A stretch of 64,000 nt of DNA from an uncultured beta proteobacterium. GTDB taxonomy: Bacteria; Pseudomonadota; Gammaproteobacteria; Burkholderiales; Rhodocyclaceae. This document shows, piece after piece, positions 12,585-23,663 of this stretch. The position numbers were made by a program, and so were the translations under genes. The notes below the pieces were generated by a model, which did no database searches, was not told the DNA's origin, and saw nothing but the letters and a program-made list of their open reading frames with translations. Location of the stretch: NCBI GenBank assembly GCA_963736845.1, contig CAVTQL010000021.1:36030-100029 (forward strand). Reading direction: 5' to 3'. The first letter of the stretch is position 1. Each line of letters opens with the position of its first letter.

Positions 12585-15500
12585 ATGGCAAACACTACGA
12601 GCGTCAAGGGTTCCGCGGCGGCGAAGGCAGTCGGTACCGTCAAGAACATCATCGGTTCGGCCACGGCCACCGACACCAGCGGCGTCACCCGCACCCTGCA
12701 CGTCGGCGACAAGGTCTACGCCAACGAAGTCATCAAGACTTCCGAAGCCGGCGCCATCCTGATCGAGTTTGCCAATGGCAACAACGCCAACCTCGGCCGT
12801 GATTCCAGCATGACGCTGACGGGCGACATTTTCGGCGTCCAGTCGGCGCTGGCACCGGCAGGAGCCGAGAAGATGAGCGCCGCCCAGAAGGCCGCCGTCC
12901 AGGATGCCCAGGCCAAGATCGCCGCCGGCCTCGACCCGACGCAGGTCACCGAAGCTGCCGCCGCCGGCCCGAACGCCGCCGGTAGCGCCACCGAAGGTTC
13001 CGGCTACAACTTCGTCGTCGTCGACCAGCTTGCCGCCCGTGGTGAGGTCACCAGCGGCTTCCCGACCGGGCCGATCAGCGTCGTGCTGGAGCAGCCGCCG
13101 GCCGAACTCGGCTACATCGAACCTGAAGTGCTGCCGGTGAATCCGCCGGTCGTCAGCATCTCCGTCAGCGTCGATGTCAATGTCGGCGTCCCCCCGGGTG
13201 GTGGCGGCGGGAACAATTTCCCCGAGAACCCCAACGATCCGAGCCTGCCCTACATCAGCGGCAGCAATGCCTACATTCCTGAAGGCACCGAGGGGGCCAA
13301 CGAATTCAACGAAGTCACCTTCCTGCTGACGCTCAGTGCGCCCTTCGCTCAGGACGTCACGGTCAGCTACGAGATCCGGCCGGGCACGGCCATCCAGGGT
13401 GTCGACTACTTCGATGGCCCGATCCTTGCCGGCACAGTCACTCATCCCGGCAGGCTCGACGCAGTTCCCGGTAACGATCCAGATCGTCCCGGATCACCTC
13501 GATGAAGGCCCGAACACGTTCGACAGTGCGGAAAGTTTCTACATCGTCCTGACCAGTGCGACCAACGCCACCATCAACCCGGCCGCCAGCACGGCGACGG
13601 GCTGGATCGTCGATGACGATACCACCCCAGTTGCCAACAACGACAGCTACACGACCCAGGAAGATCAGGCACTGACGCTTTCACCATCCATCCTTGAAAA
13701 TGACACGGATCTTGATGGTGACAGCCTGTCGATCGTCAGCTTTACCCAACCCGCCAACGGGACCGTCACGGTCGTAAACGGCGAACTGGTTTACACCCCG
13801 ACCGCTGACTACAGCGGCACCGACAGCTTTACCTATGTCGCCACAGATGGTTATCAGAATTCCAACACCGCAACCGTCACCATCAACGTGACGCCGGTGG
13901 ACACGATCCTCCGATCGCGGTGCAATGATGTCAACAGCCTGACGGAAGATACGGGTTCGGTGGGCCGGGACACCAAAGTATCCGGTGTCTGGGCAATGAC
14001 ACCGACGTCGATGACGTCCTCGCCGACTTCTCGGTGACCTCGATCCGCACCGGCGGCACGGAAGGCAGCGGCACGGCAGGGACGCTCGGCACGCTCTCAA
14101 CGGCACCTACGGCACGCTGCTGGTCAGTGCCGACGGCACCTACACCTACACGCTCTATACCCAGGCGCAGAATGCGTCCGCGTACAACACGGTACAGGCG
14201 GCTGGACGACGGGTTGACGCTGCTGAGCGACGTCTTCAACTACACGGTGCATGACCGACGGCACGGGTTCCAACGACACGGCCGGAGCGCGTGACCATCC
14301 CTGCTCGATGGCGACGGGGCGGCGCCAATGGCAGGGCACCGATCGCGGGTGAATGATGTCGCGAATGATGTTCAGCCTGACGGAAGATACGGGCTCGGTG
14401 GGTCAGAACACCAAAGTGACCGGTGTGCTGGGCAACGATACCGATGTTGACGACGTTCTCGCCGACTTCTACGGTCACCTCCATCCGCACTGGCGGCACC
14501 GAAGGCAGCGGCACGGCAGGTACGCTGGGCACTGCTCTCAACGGTACCTACGGCACGCTGCTGGTCAGTGCCGACGGCACCTACACCTACACGCTCTATA
14601 CCCAGGCGCAGAATGCGTCCGCGTACAACACGGTGCAGGCGCTGGACGACGGGTTGACCGCGCTGACCGACGTCTTCAACTACACCATGACCGACGGCAC
14701 GGCCAACGACACGGCCACGCTGACCATCTCGATCACCGGCGCCAATGACGCACCGATCGCGGTGAATGATGTCAAACAGCCTGACGGAAGATACGGGCTC
14801 GGTGGGTCAGAACACCAAAGTGACCGGTGTGCTGGGCAACGATACCGATGTTGACGACGTTCTCGCCGACTTCACGGTCACCTCCATCCGCACTGGCGGC
14901 ACCGAAGGCAGCGGCACGGCAGGTACGCTGGGCACTGCTCTCAACGGTACCTACGGCACGCTGCTGGTCAGTGCCGACGGCACCTACACCTACACGCTCT
15001 ATACCCAGGCGCAGAATGCGTCCGCGTACAACACGGTGCAGGCGCTGGACGACGGGTTGACCGCGCTGACCGACGTCTTCAACTACACCATGACCGACGG
15101 CACGGCCAACGACACGGCCACGCTGACCATCTCGATCACCGGCGCCAATGACGCACCGATCGCGGTGAATGATGTCAACAGCCTGACGGAAGATACGGGC
15201 TCGGTGGGTCAGAACACCAAAGTGACCGGTGTCTGGGCAACGAGACCGATGTCGACGACGTTCTCGCCGACTTCACGGTCACCTCCATCCGCACTGGCGG
15301 CACCGAAGGCAGCGGCACGGCAGGTACGCTGGGCACTGCTCTCAACGGTACCTACGGCACGCTGCTGGTCAGTGCCGACGGCACCTACACCTACACGCTC
15401 TATACCCAGGCGCAGAATGCGTCCGCGTACAACACGGTGCAGGCGCTGGACGACGGGTTGACCGCGCTGACCGACGTCTTCAACTACACCATGACCGACG

Positions 15501-17784
15501 GCACGGCCAACGACACGGCCACGCTGACCATCTCGATCACCGGCGCCAATGACGCACCGATCGCGGTGAATGATGTCAACAGCCTGACGGAAGATACGGG
15601 CTCGGTGGGTCAGAACACCAAAGTGACCGGTGTGCTGGGCAACGATACCGACGTCGATGACGTTCTCGCCGACTTCTCGGTGACCTCGATCCGCACCGGC
15701 GGCACGGAAGGCAGCGGCACGGCAGGTACGCTGGGCACTGCTCTCAACGGTACCTACGGCACGCTGCTGGTCAGTGCCGACGGCACCTACACCTACACGC
15801 TCTATACCCAGGCGCAGAATGCGTCCGCGTACAACACGGTGCAGGCCCTCGATGACGGGTCGACCACGCTGACCGACTTCTTCAACTACACGATGACCGA
15901 TGGCACGGCCACGCACCGCGACGCTGACCATCACCATCATCGGCGCCAACGATGCGCCGGTGGCGTCAGTCAATGCGAGCGGTGTGGGAGAGATGGTTGG
16001 AAGAAGCCGGGCTTGCAAGCGGCGGATCGCAGGCCCAAGGCAATGGCGAGTTTGCATTCGGCAGCATCACCCTCTCGGATACGGACGGATTGGACGACCT
16101 GCAATCGGTCACCATAACCGGCATTCCGAGCTCGGTTACCCTGTCCCTCAGCACGATTGTCGGCCAGTCGTTCAGCACCGGCGAAGGCACAGTCACCTTC
16201 ACGAGTTACACCAGCGGTGTCCTGTCCTACACCTATCAGTTGACCAGCGCGCAAAATCACAGTGGTGGTGCCGTGTCCGATAGCTTCAGCCTGACAGTCT
16301 CGGACGGTACGGCGTCCAGCAGCCCCGCCGTCACGGTCAACATTGCAATCCTGGACGATGCGCCGTCATTCACCGTGGTTCGTGACGGTACCGATGCCAA
16401 TACCTCGGTCGATATTTCCGCACCTAACGCCGCAACAACCTATACCGGCGAAAACATTGCAGACTGGGTCTATGGGGCAGACGGTGCCTCCGGCACTCCG
16501 ACCCTGTCGGGCATTACCTCAAATAGCGCGGGCAGTGCCTTTACGGTCACCGGCGGTGCGGTTTCGCTCAACACAGCATCGACGACCGGCGTAGTGGTCA
16601 TCGATCTCAAGGACTCTTCTGGCGCCGTGGTGGGCAAATTGACCCTGAACTCCGGTGGCGTCGATTCCCTGCAGGTCTTCGACCGTCCGCCGACACTGGT
16701 CGAGGATACGTTGCTTACCGGTGATGTGACTGCCGGAGGCCCCGAAACCACGAAGATCATCAACAGCACCATTTCCGGATTGGTTGTAACGGTTACCGCT
16801 GAGGATAATGGCGTCGCTGATCTGGTCAACCCGAGTACTCAGGGCTGGGCCGTCGGCAACAACACGATCGAGGAAGGCGAAGCGATTAGCTTCAGCTTCA
16901 ATAACGATGTCGCACGCTTCAGCTTCGTCGCCGACGGCTTTACAGGCGGCATGTCCAACGCCGGATTGACCATCCGTGTTTACTACGACGCAGCCAAGAC
17001 GGTGTATGAGGACTTCAACGTTACCGTCCCGGAAAGTGGTTCCGTTCAGGTTGCTGACCTTGTCGGGTTTGGCACGACCTCCGGAGGGGTGACCTACACC
17101 ACGTTCTATGAGGTGACCGTTACCAGCGATACCGCGGTTCAGGATGCCAATGACGCGTTCCGCCTCAACAACGTTACGGTCGGCGACTACACGAACGTGG
17201 CGGCACCCGATCTCGACTACACGCTCACACTGAACTTGGCAGACACTGACGGCGATACGGCCAGCCAAACCTTCGTGGTTCATCTGGACGGCGACACCAC
17301 GAGCGGCACGGTAAGCCTGGAATCGATGATCGAGGGCACCTCGGCCAACGACATCCTTACTGGCACCAGTGCAAACGAGTTGTTCATGGGAGGTGCCGGA
17401 AACGATACGCTCACTGGCGGAGGCGGAGCCGATACTTTCAAGCTTGGGTATGCATCTGGAAGTGACTCGATCGCGGACTTCAAGGTTGGTGTTCCAGGTA
17501 TCGACGCGGATGCAGACATATTGCAGATTTCTGATCTGCTGGTCGGTGCTCATGGTGCCAGCGCTGCTGTCCCAATTGATCCGGCTGGTGCTATTGCCGG
17601 CGGATACCTGTTTGCACAAGATGACGGGACAGGTCATACCCAAATTGTTCTCGACGTTGAGGGGACCGGTGGGGCCGACGGGACGTTCACCACGGTTGTC
17701 ACCCTGACAAACGTCGCGTACACCACGGACATTCTCACTACCCTGATGCATGGTGCCGGCACAGGAGACGACCAGATCAAGTAA
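12585..17784 (+). CDS. giant LapA-like RTX adhesin (T1SS substrate); reading frame broken >=10 times in this assembly
   Basis: The N-terminus MANTTSVKGSAAAKAVGTVKNIIGSATATDTSGVTRTLHVGDKVYANEVIKTSEAGAILIEFANGNNANL is a retention-module type, followed by ..KIAAGLDPTQVTEAAAAGPNAAG.. Downstream are a Calx-beta-like segment, a cadherin-like segment (VANNDSYTTQEDQALT..DTDLDGDSL), VCBS-type repeats, and a C-terminus GGAGNDTLTGGGGADTF...IADF...ADILQISDLL (RTX plus T1SS C-terminal target domain). Confidence 0.88.
13920..15965 (+). repeat. about 5 tandem near-identical ~402-nt (134-aa) VCBS-type coding repeats inside the adhesin gene
   Basis: The anchor gtgaatgatgtc recurs at 14349, 14762, 15165 and 15566 (spacings 413, 403, 401 by manual count), plus a more degenerate copy from 13920. 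The unit encodes VNDVNSLTEDTGSVGQNTKVTGVLGNDTDVDD...GTYGTLLVSADGTYTYTLYTQAQNASAYNTVQALDDG...ITGANDAPIA. Confidence 0.9.
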
Positions 17785-17806
17785 TGCCGTAGTCACTGGA
17801 TCTCAG

Positions 17807-17833
17807 GGCGGAATGGCAACATTCCGCCTTTTT
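17807..17833 (+). terminator. intrinsic terminator after the adhesin gene
   Basis: ggcggaatg-gcaa-cattccgcc followed by ttttt. Confidence 0.75.
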
Positions 17834-17952
17834 CTTGCCAATATCATGAAATACTTCATGGACAGGGATACGCAAAAGTTATAAAAAGACAAAACGCTGA
17901 TCATGTTCGATAATCAACGAGCGCCATTTCAAAGTCACGTGAGGGTACAACT

Positions 17953-19329
17953 ATGAAGAAACTCCCCAATATCTCAAAAATAACGATGGCGGTTGCCGCT
18001 GCGCTGTGTGTCCAGTCGCCCGCTTTTGCCCAGACCCTGAAGGATGCAGTCGACCAGACGGTGCAGACCAACCCGGACGTGCGCCAGGAAGCCAACCAGC
18101 GCCTGGCCAACGAGGAGGCGGTCAAGGGCGCGCGCGGCGGCTTCTTCCCCAAGGTCGATGTCGGCGCCGGCTACGGCCGCGAATGGAGCAAGAACGCCAC
18201 CACCCGCGCGCTTTCCGTCGCCGGGACAGCCGCTACCAACAAGTACTACGGCAACGATGGCTACACGCTCGACCGCCGTGAAGCCAACGCGACGCTGTCG
18301 CAGATGCTGTTCGACGGTTTCGGCGTCAGCAGCGAGGTCGACCGCAACAAGGCGCGCGTCGAGTCGGCCGCCTACAAGACGGCGGGGACGGCGGAATACA
18401 CCGGCCTGCGCGCTGTCGAGGCCTACCTGAACGTGCTGCGCAACCGCGACCTGGTGCGGCTGACCAAGGCCAACGTCGAGTACCACCTGAAGGTGCAGGA
18501 CCAGATTACCGTCCGCTCCGGTGGCGGCGTCGGCCGCAAGTCGGACCAGGAACAGGTCGAGGCCCGCGTCGGCCTGGCCAGGGCGAACCTGGTTTCGGCC
18601 GAGGCCAACCTGCGCGACGTCGAGGTGAATTACCTGCGTACCGTCGGCGCCAAGCCGGGTCCGCTGGTCCGGCCGAACGGCCCGACAGCGGCCGAACTGC
18701 CGAAGACGGAAGATGACGCGATCAGGATCGCGGTCGAGAACCATCCGATCCTGAAGTCGGCGACGGCGGACGTCAAGGCGGCCGATTACCAGCGCGAGGC
18801 GGCCAAGTCGTTCATGTATCCGCGCTTCGATGTCGAGCTCGGCTGGGGCAACAACGAGGACCTCGATGGCCAGCCCGGCCCGAACGACGAGCGGTATGCG
18901 ATGCTGCGCGCGCGCTGGAACCTGTTCAAGGGCGGCAGCGACTATGCGCGGATCAAGGAGACGGGCTACCTGACGTCGGTGGCGACGGAGATCGCCAACC
19001 GCACGCGTCGCCAGGTCGAGGAAAGCATCAGCCTGTCGTGGAACACGATGTATTCCGCGCAGAACGCGCTGCCCGACCTGCGCCAGCACTTCGAGAAGAG
19101 CGTCGCGACGCGCAACAGCTTCAGCCAGCAGTTCATCCTCGGCCAGCGCACCCTGCTCGACCTGCTCGATTCCGAGAACGAAGCCTTCACGGCGGAGCAA
19201 AACTACATCAGCCGCAATTACCTGGAAGTGTTCGCGCGCTACCGCCTGCTCGCCGACATGGGCCAGTTGCTTGGCCACCTCGGCGTTACACCGCCGGAAG
19301 AATCGCTGGTGGTTGCCGAGCAGCGTTGA
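17953..19329 (+). CDS. lapE: TolC-family T1SS outer-membrane protein (LapE-like)
   Basis: 458 aa with signal peptide MKKLPNISKITMAVAAALCVQSPAFAQ and the TolC-like start TLKDAVDQTVQTNPDV. Located next to the adhesin and lapGD. Confidence 0.85.
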   Translation: MKKLPNISKITMAVAAALCVQSPAFAQTLKDAVDQTVQTNPDVRQEANQRLANEEAVKGARGGFFPKVDVGAGYGREWSKNATTRALSVAGTAATNKYYGNDGYTLDRREANATLSQMLFDGFGVSSEVDRNKARVESAAYKTAGTAEYTGLRAVEAYLNVLRNRDLVRLTKANVEYHLKVQDQITVRSGGGVGRKSDQEQVEARVGLARANLVSAEANLRDVEVNYLRTVGAKPGPLVRPNGPTAAELPKTEDDAIRIAVENHPILKSATADVKAADYQREAAKSFMYPRFDVELGWGNNEDLDGQPGPNDERYAMLRARWNLFKGGSDYARIKETGYLTSVATEIANRTRRQVEESISLSWNTMYSAQNALPDLRQHFEKSVATRNSFSQQFILGQRTLLDLLDSENEAFTAEQNYISRNYLEVFARYRLLADMGQLLGHLGVTPPEESLVVAEQR

Positions 19330-19350
19330 GGCTCGCCGTCTAGCCGATGG

Positions 19351-19387
19351 AGCGCCGGGGAGGGAAACCTGTCCGGCGCTCTTTTTT
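19351..19387 (+). terminator. intrinsic terminator after the OMP gene
   Basis: agcgccgg...ccggcgct stem followed by cttttttc. Because of it I place the lapG start at ATG 19419 rather than at the ORF-track start 19347. Confidence 0.65.
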
Positions 19388-19418
19388 CGTGTCTCCTTCG
19401 GCCGTCGTCCCGGCGCCC

Positions 19419-20126
19419 ATGACAATTGCCGCTGACCGTTTTTTCGCCGGCTTCGCCCGCACCCTCTCCGGCGCGGCGTGCGTCGTCGCGCTGGCGCTGG
19501 CGGGCGGGGTGTTCGTCCATTCCCAGACGACCGGCATCCGCGTCGAACCGAAGGTACTGGAAAGCGCCGAGCGCAAGTACGGCGCCACCGCCCGCAAGCG
19601 CCTGGAGGACTGGCAGCAGTTGCTCGATACCGGCGGCGCCAGGTCGGAAACGGACAAGCTGACCCTGGTGAACAGCTTCTTCAACCACGTCGCCTGGATT
19701 TCCGACCTCGACCACTGGGGAAAGGCCGACTACTGGGCGACGCCGGTCGAGATGCTGGCGTCGAACGGCGGCGACTGCGAGGATTTCGCGATCGCCAAGT
19801 ACTTCACGCTGGTGGCCCTCGGCGTGCCGATGGACAAGCTGAAGATCACCTACGTCAAGACGCGCGACCCCAACCCGATCAACCAGTCGCACATGGTGCT
19901 GGCCTACTACGCCAAGGTGGACTCTGTGCCGCTGGTGCTCGACAACCTGGTGCCCGAGATCAAGGTGGCCAGCGCCCGTCCGGACCTGACGCCGGTTTAC
20001 TCCTTCAACGGTGACGGGCTGTGGCTGGCCAAGGAGCGCGGGTCGGGCAAGCGGGTGCAGGGCGGCTCTTCCAACATCGCTTTCTGGCGCGAACTGACGG
20101 CGCGCATGGGCAAGGAATTCGACTGA
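19419..20126 (+). CDS. lapG: periplasmic transglutaminase-like cysteine protease (LapG / BTLCP family)
   Basis: ..DLDHWGKADYWATPVEMLASNGGDCEDFAIAKYFTLVALGVP...SHMVLAYY...VLDNL.. shows the Cys-His-Asp arrangement typical of LapG. The gene lies immediately upstream of lapD. Confidence 0.85.
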   Translation: MTIAADRFFAGFARTLSGAACVVALALAGGVFVHSQTTGIRVEPKVLESAERKYGATARKRLEDWQQLLDTGGARSETDKLTLVNSFFNHVAWISDLDHWGKADYWATPVEMLASNGGDCEDFAIAKYFTLVALGVPMDKLKITYVKTRDPNPINQSHMVLAYYAKVDSVPLVLDNLVPEIKVASARPDLTPVYSFNGDGLWLAKERGSGKRVQGGSSNIAFWRELTARMGKEFD

Positions 20127-20151
20127 TGCAAATTCTTGAAAGGTGGTCAAG

Positions 20152-22107
20152 ATGACCCTGTTACGGCAACTCATCCTCGTCATCGTGACGCTGTTCACCC
20201 TGCTCTTCGTCGGGACCTTCGCGCTCTCGGTGAACAACACCCAGCAGTATCTTTCCGAGCAATTGCGGACCATCGCCCAGGATACCGCCACCTCGCTCGG
20301 CCTGACCCTGTCGCCGCACTTCGTGAACGAGGACCTGATCGTCGTCGAGAGCATGGTCAGCGCGGTGTTCGACAGCGGCTACTACCGCGAGGTGATCATC
20401 CGCGACATGGAAGGCAAGCCGATCGTCGAGCGCATCGCGCCGGTGTCGTTCGAGGGCGTTCCCGACTGGTTCGTCAAGATGGTGCCGTTGCAGACGCCGA
20501 GCGGCGAGTCGCTGATCATGGCCGGCTGGCAGCAGGCCGGGGTGATCAGCGTGGCGGCGAACCCGGGCCAGGCCTACACCCGGCTGTGGAAGAACGTCGT
20601 CGGGGCGTTCTTCTGGTTCCTCGCCTGCTCGGTGTTCACTTTCGGGCTCGGCGTGGTCGCGCTGCATTTCGTGCTGCGCCCGCTGCGCTCGGTCGAGGAC
20701 CAGGCCAAGGCGATCTGCGACCGCGAGTACCCGGTGCAGAAGAAGGTGCCATGGACGCTGGAGCTGCGCAGCGTCGTCGCGGCGATGAACCGGATGACCA
20801 TGAAGGTCAAGGACATGTTCCAGGAGCAGGCCGACGCGATGGAGCGCATCCGCGCCGAGAACTTCGTCGACCCGGTGACCGGGCTGGGCAACCGCAAGTA
20901 TTTCGACATGCAGTTGCGCCACCTGATGGCCGACACCGAGAAGTTCGAGACGGGCGCGCTGATCATCCTCGAGATCAAGGACCTCAAGCGCATCAACGAC
21001 GAACTGGGCTACGTCAAGACCGACGCCTTCATCGCCGAGGTCGGCAAGCTGATCACCGAGCAGTGCAATGCGCTGGAGGGCATCGAGTCCTTCGCCGCGC
21101 ACATCGCCGGCGCCGACTTCGCGGTGGTCCTCAGCGACGTGTCCGAGGCCGAGGCGGAGCAGTTCGCCGACCAGCTGATGCAGGCGCTACCCCGCCTGCA
21201 CGACAAGGGCCTGATCGACACGCTGGAAGTCGCCCACGCCGGCATCGCGATGTTCAGCAGCCAGACCTTCTTCGATTTCCTGTCCGACGCCGACACCGCG
21301 CTGCGTGCCGCGCAGGGCAAGGGCGCCAACCAGTGGGCGCTGAACAGCGAGTTCCAGCGCCAGGGCCAGTACAGCTATTCGGCCAGCCAGTGGGGCGACG
21401 TGCTGCGCAAGATCATCGGCGAGCGCAAGATCACGCTGTTCATCCAGCCGGTGGTGCATCCGAATGCGGAGCGCACGCTCAACCACCGCGAGATCCTGCT
21501 GCGCGTGGTGGACGACGAAGGCAACATGATCCCGGCCGGCATCTTCATCCCGCAGGCCAAGCGCCTCGGGCTGATCCAGGAGTTCGACAAGCTCGTCGTC
21601 AGCGAAGTGATGGCACGGCTGGCCAGGGGCAGCGACGGCGTGCCGGTGGCGATCAACCTGTTCCCGAGTTCGATCATGGACACCGGCTTCAACGAATGGC
21701 TGATGCGCGAACTGGGTGCGCAGCCCGAGGTGGCGCGCCAGATGGTGTTCGAGATCGCCGAATACGGCGCGGTGGAGGACGTTGTCCTGCTCAAGAGCTG
21801 GGTCAACCGCATCCGCACGACCGGCGCACGCACCAGCATCGACCACTTCGGCAAGGCGTTCAAGTCGTTCGGCTACCTGTGCGACACCCGCATCGACTAC
21901 CTGAAGATCGACGGCAGCTTCATCTCGGGCATCGCCGAGAACAAGGATCACCGCTTCTTCGTCGAATCGGTCATCAAGATCGCGCACGGCCTCGACATCA
22001 CCGTTGTCGCCGAATCGGTCGAATCACAGGCCGAGATCGACACGCTGACCAGCCTCGGCATCGACGCCCTGCAAGGCTACGGCCTCGCCCGCCCGGCGGC
22101 CTGGTAA
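20152..22107 (+). CDS. lapD: LapD-like inner-membrane c-di-GMP receptor (periplasmic LapD/MoxY domain, HAMP, degenerate GGDEF, EAL-like)
   Basis: MTLLRQLILVIV... has two TM segments flanking a periplasmic domain with ..LIMAGWQQAG.. (GWxQ). The GGDEF position reads AGADF and the EAL position reads EIL. The ATG at 20152 is preferred (AAGGTGG upstream); the ORF track starts at GTG 20143. Confidence 0.87.
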   Translation: MTLLRQLILVIVTLFTLLFVGTFALSVNNTQQYLSEQLRTIAQDTATSLGLTLSPHFVNEDLIVVESMVSAVFDSGYYREVIIRDMEGKPIVERIAPVSFEGVPDWFVKMVPLQTPSGESLIMAGWQQAGVISVAANPGQAYTRLWKNVVGAFFWFLACSVFTFGLGVVALHFVLRPLRSVEDQAKAICDREYPVQKKVPWTLELRSVVAAMNRMTMKVKDMFQEQADAMERIRAENFVDPVTGLGNRKYFDMQLRHLMADTEKFETGALIILEIKDLKRINDELGYVKTDAFIAEVGKLITEQCNALEGIESFAAHIAGADFAVVLSDVSEAEAEQFADQLMQALPRLHDKGLIDTLEVAHAGIAMFSSQTFFDFLSDADTALRAAQGKGANQWALNSEFQRQGQYSYSASQWGDVLRKIIGERKITLFIQPVVHPNAERTLNHREILLRVVDDEGNMIPAGIFIPQAKRLGLIQEFDKLVVSEVMARLARGSDGVPVAINLFPSSIMDTGFNEWLMRELGAQPEVARQMVFEIAEYGAVEDVVLLKSWVNRIRTTGARTSIDHFGKAFKSFGYLCDTRIDYLKIDGSFISGIAENKDHRFFVESVIKIAHGLDITVVAESVESQAEIDTLTSLGIDALQGYGLARPAAW

Positions 22108-22125
22108 GAGCCAGCGGCGCTCGTC

Positions 22126-22145
22126 ATTCCCGCGGAAGCGGGAAT
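22126..22145. repeat. ATTCCC-N8-GGGAAT palindrome (dRS3-like motif) just after the lapD stop
   Basis: attccc-gcggaagc-gggaat, within cgtcattcccgcggaagcgggaatctcc. Confidence 0.6.
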
Positions 22146-22189
22146 CTCCGGAACCGCCGCGACTGATTCACCCGGGAAAAAGCAGTTGC

Positions 22190-22226
22190 GACGCAGATAA
22201 CGCAGATTGCCGCAGATCAAATCTGC
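22190..22226. repeat. CGCAGAT-triplet intergenic repeat, copy 1 (truncated)
   Basis: gacgcagataacgcagattgccgcagatcaaatctgc. CGCAGAT occurs at 22192, 22201 and 22211 (9-10 nt phasing), then one inverted ATCTGC. Confidence 0.7.
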
Positions 22227-22262
22227 TCTTGCAGGGACTCCGGGCAACGGCCCAGCGCTTGC

Positions 22263-23663
22263 CTATCTCTCGCGCAGCGCCTCGCTGCGGGCCTTGATGA
22301 TCGGCTTGAGGAGGTAGCGGAGGACGGATTTGCTGCCGGTCTGGATGTGGACCGTGGTCATCATGCCGGGGATGATCGGCAGGGCTTCCTTCGCCGAGCC
22401 GAAGCGGTTGGTGGCGGTGCGGACGCGGACGAGGTAGAAGCTTTCGCCCTTGTCGTTGGTGATCGAGTCGGCGGTGATGGTCTCGACCGTCGCCGCCAGC
22501 CCGCCGTAGATCGAGTAGTCGTAGGCGGTGACCTTGACCACGGCCGGCTGGCCGGGGCGCAGGAAGGCGATGTCGGCGGGGCGGACGCGGGCTTCGACGA
22601 GCAGGTTGTCCTCGATCGGGACGATCTCCATGACGTCGCTGCCCGGCTGGATGACGCCGCCGACGGTGGTGACCTTGATCGTCTTGACGATGCCGTTGAC
22701 CGGCGAGCGCACGGTGGTCCGTTCGAGGCGGTCGGCCATCGCGACGTTGCTGGCGCTGGTGCCCTCGAGTTCGGCGCGCGCCTGCGAGAGCTCCATCGAG
22801 GCGTCGGCGCGGAATTTTGCCTGGGCACCCTCGACCTTGTTGCGGCCTTCCTGGAGGCTGGCTTCGAGACGCGGGATGGCCAGCCGCGTGGCGTCGAGTT
22901 CGCCCTTGATGTCGCTGGCCTGGCGCTCGAGGCGGAGCAGTTCGACGTCGGAAATGACCTTCTGCGCGGCCATCGGGCGCGTCATCGCCACTTCCTGCTG
23001 GACCAGGCGGTAGCTTTCGCCGAGTTGGGCGGCCTTGGCGCGTTTTTCGTTGAGTTCCTGGGCGCGCTGGTCGAGCTGGCGGCGCAGGACGCTGAGCGTC
23101 GCTTCGTACTCCGCCATGCGGTTGCGGTGGAGCGCCATCTCTTCCTTGAGGATTTGCGGGCTTTCCTCGAGTTCCTTGGGCGGCGTGAACGGCTTGCCGT
23201 CGATCTCCGCCACCAGCCGCGTCGTCTTGGCGAGCAGCGCGAGGTACTTGGCGCGCGTTTCGCCAAGCGACGACGAGAAGCGCGTCGGGTCGATGTTGAG
23301 GACGACCTGGTCTTTCTGCACGATGTCGCCGACGCGGACGGGAATCTTGCCGACGATGCCGCCTTCGAGGTTCTGGATGACCTGCACCTGGTTCGACGGA
23401 ATGACCTTGCCCTCGCCGACGGTGACTTCCTCGAGTTCGGCGAGCGCCGCCCAGATGATGCCGACGACGAACAGCGCCAGTGTGCCGCGGATGATCAGGA
23501 AGGCGGGGCGCGGCGGGTTCTGCATCAGCGCGGCGATGCGGCTGGGCATGAATTCGGCTTCGTCGCGCGCTTCCGGATCGGCCGCCGCGGGCGGGAAGAT
23601 GATCCGCTGCCCGAGATCCTTGAGGCGTGCCTTCAGTTGCGAGAAATCAATTCGACTGAACAC
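22263..23663 (-). CDS. lapC: HlyD-family T1SS periplasmic adaptor (LapC-like)
   Basis: 466 aa with an N-terminal TM segment, a coiled-coil middle and barrel-sandwich motifs. It overlaps the upstream ABC gene stop by 17 nt. Confidence 0.88.
   Translation of the reverse strand: MFSRIDFSQLKARLKDLGQRIIFPPAAADPEARDEAEFMPSRIAALMQNPPRPAFLIIRGTLALFVVGIIWAALAELEEVTVGEGKVIPSNQVQVIQNLEGGIVGKIPVRVGDIVQKDQVVLNIDPTRFSSSLGETRAKYLALLAKTTRLVAEIDGKPFTPPKELEESPQILKEEMALHRNRMAEYEATLSVLRRQLDQRAQELNEKRAKAAQLGESYRLVQQEVAMTRPMAAQKVISDVELLRLERQASDIKGELDATRLAIPRLEASLQEGRNKVEGAQAKFRADASMELSQARAELEGTSASNVAMADRLERTTVRSPVNGIVKTIKVTTVGGVIQPGSDVMEIVPIEDNLLVEARVRPADIAFLRPGQPAVVKVTAYDYSIYGGLAATVETITADSITNDKGESFYLVRVRTATNRFGSAKEALPIIPGMMTTVHIQTGSKSVLRYLLKPIIKARSEALRER

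Noticed and set aside
13920-15965. Regular ~400-nt periodicity that might suggest a CRISPR or other non-coding array
   Set aside because: The repeats are about 402 nt, contiguous with no spacers, and encode VCBS-type adhesin modules. This is not a CRISPR architecture.
20136-22166. 676-aa Arg/Pro-rich ORF in an alternative plus frame over lapD
   Set aside because: It is an off-frame artefact. The LapD frame has TM segments plus HAMP, GGDEF-like and EAL-like domains.
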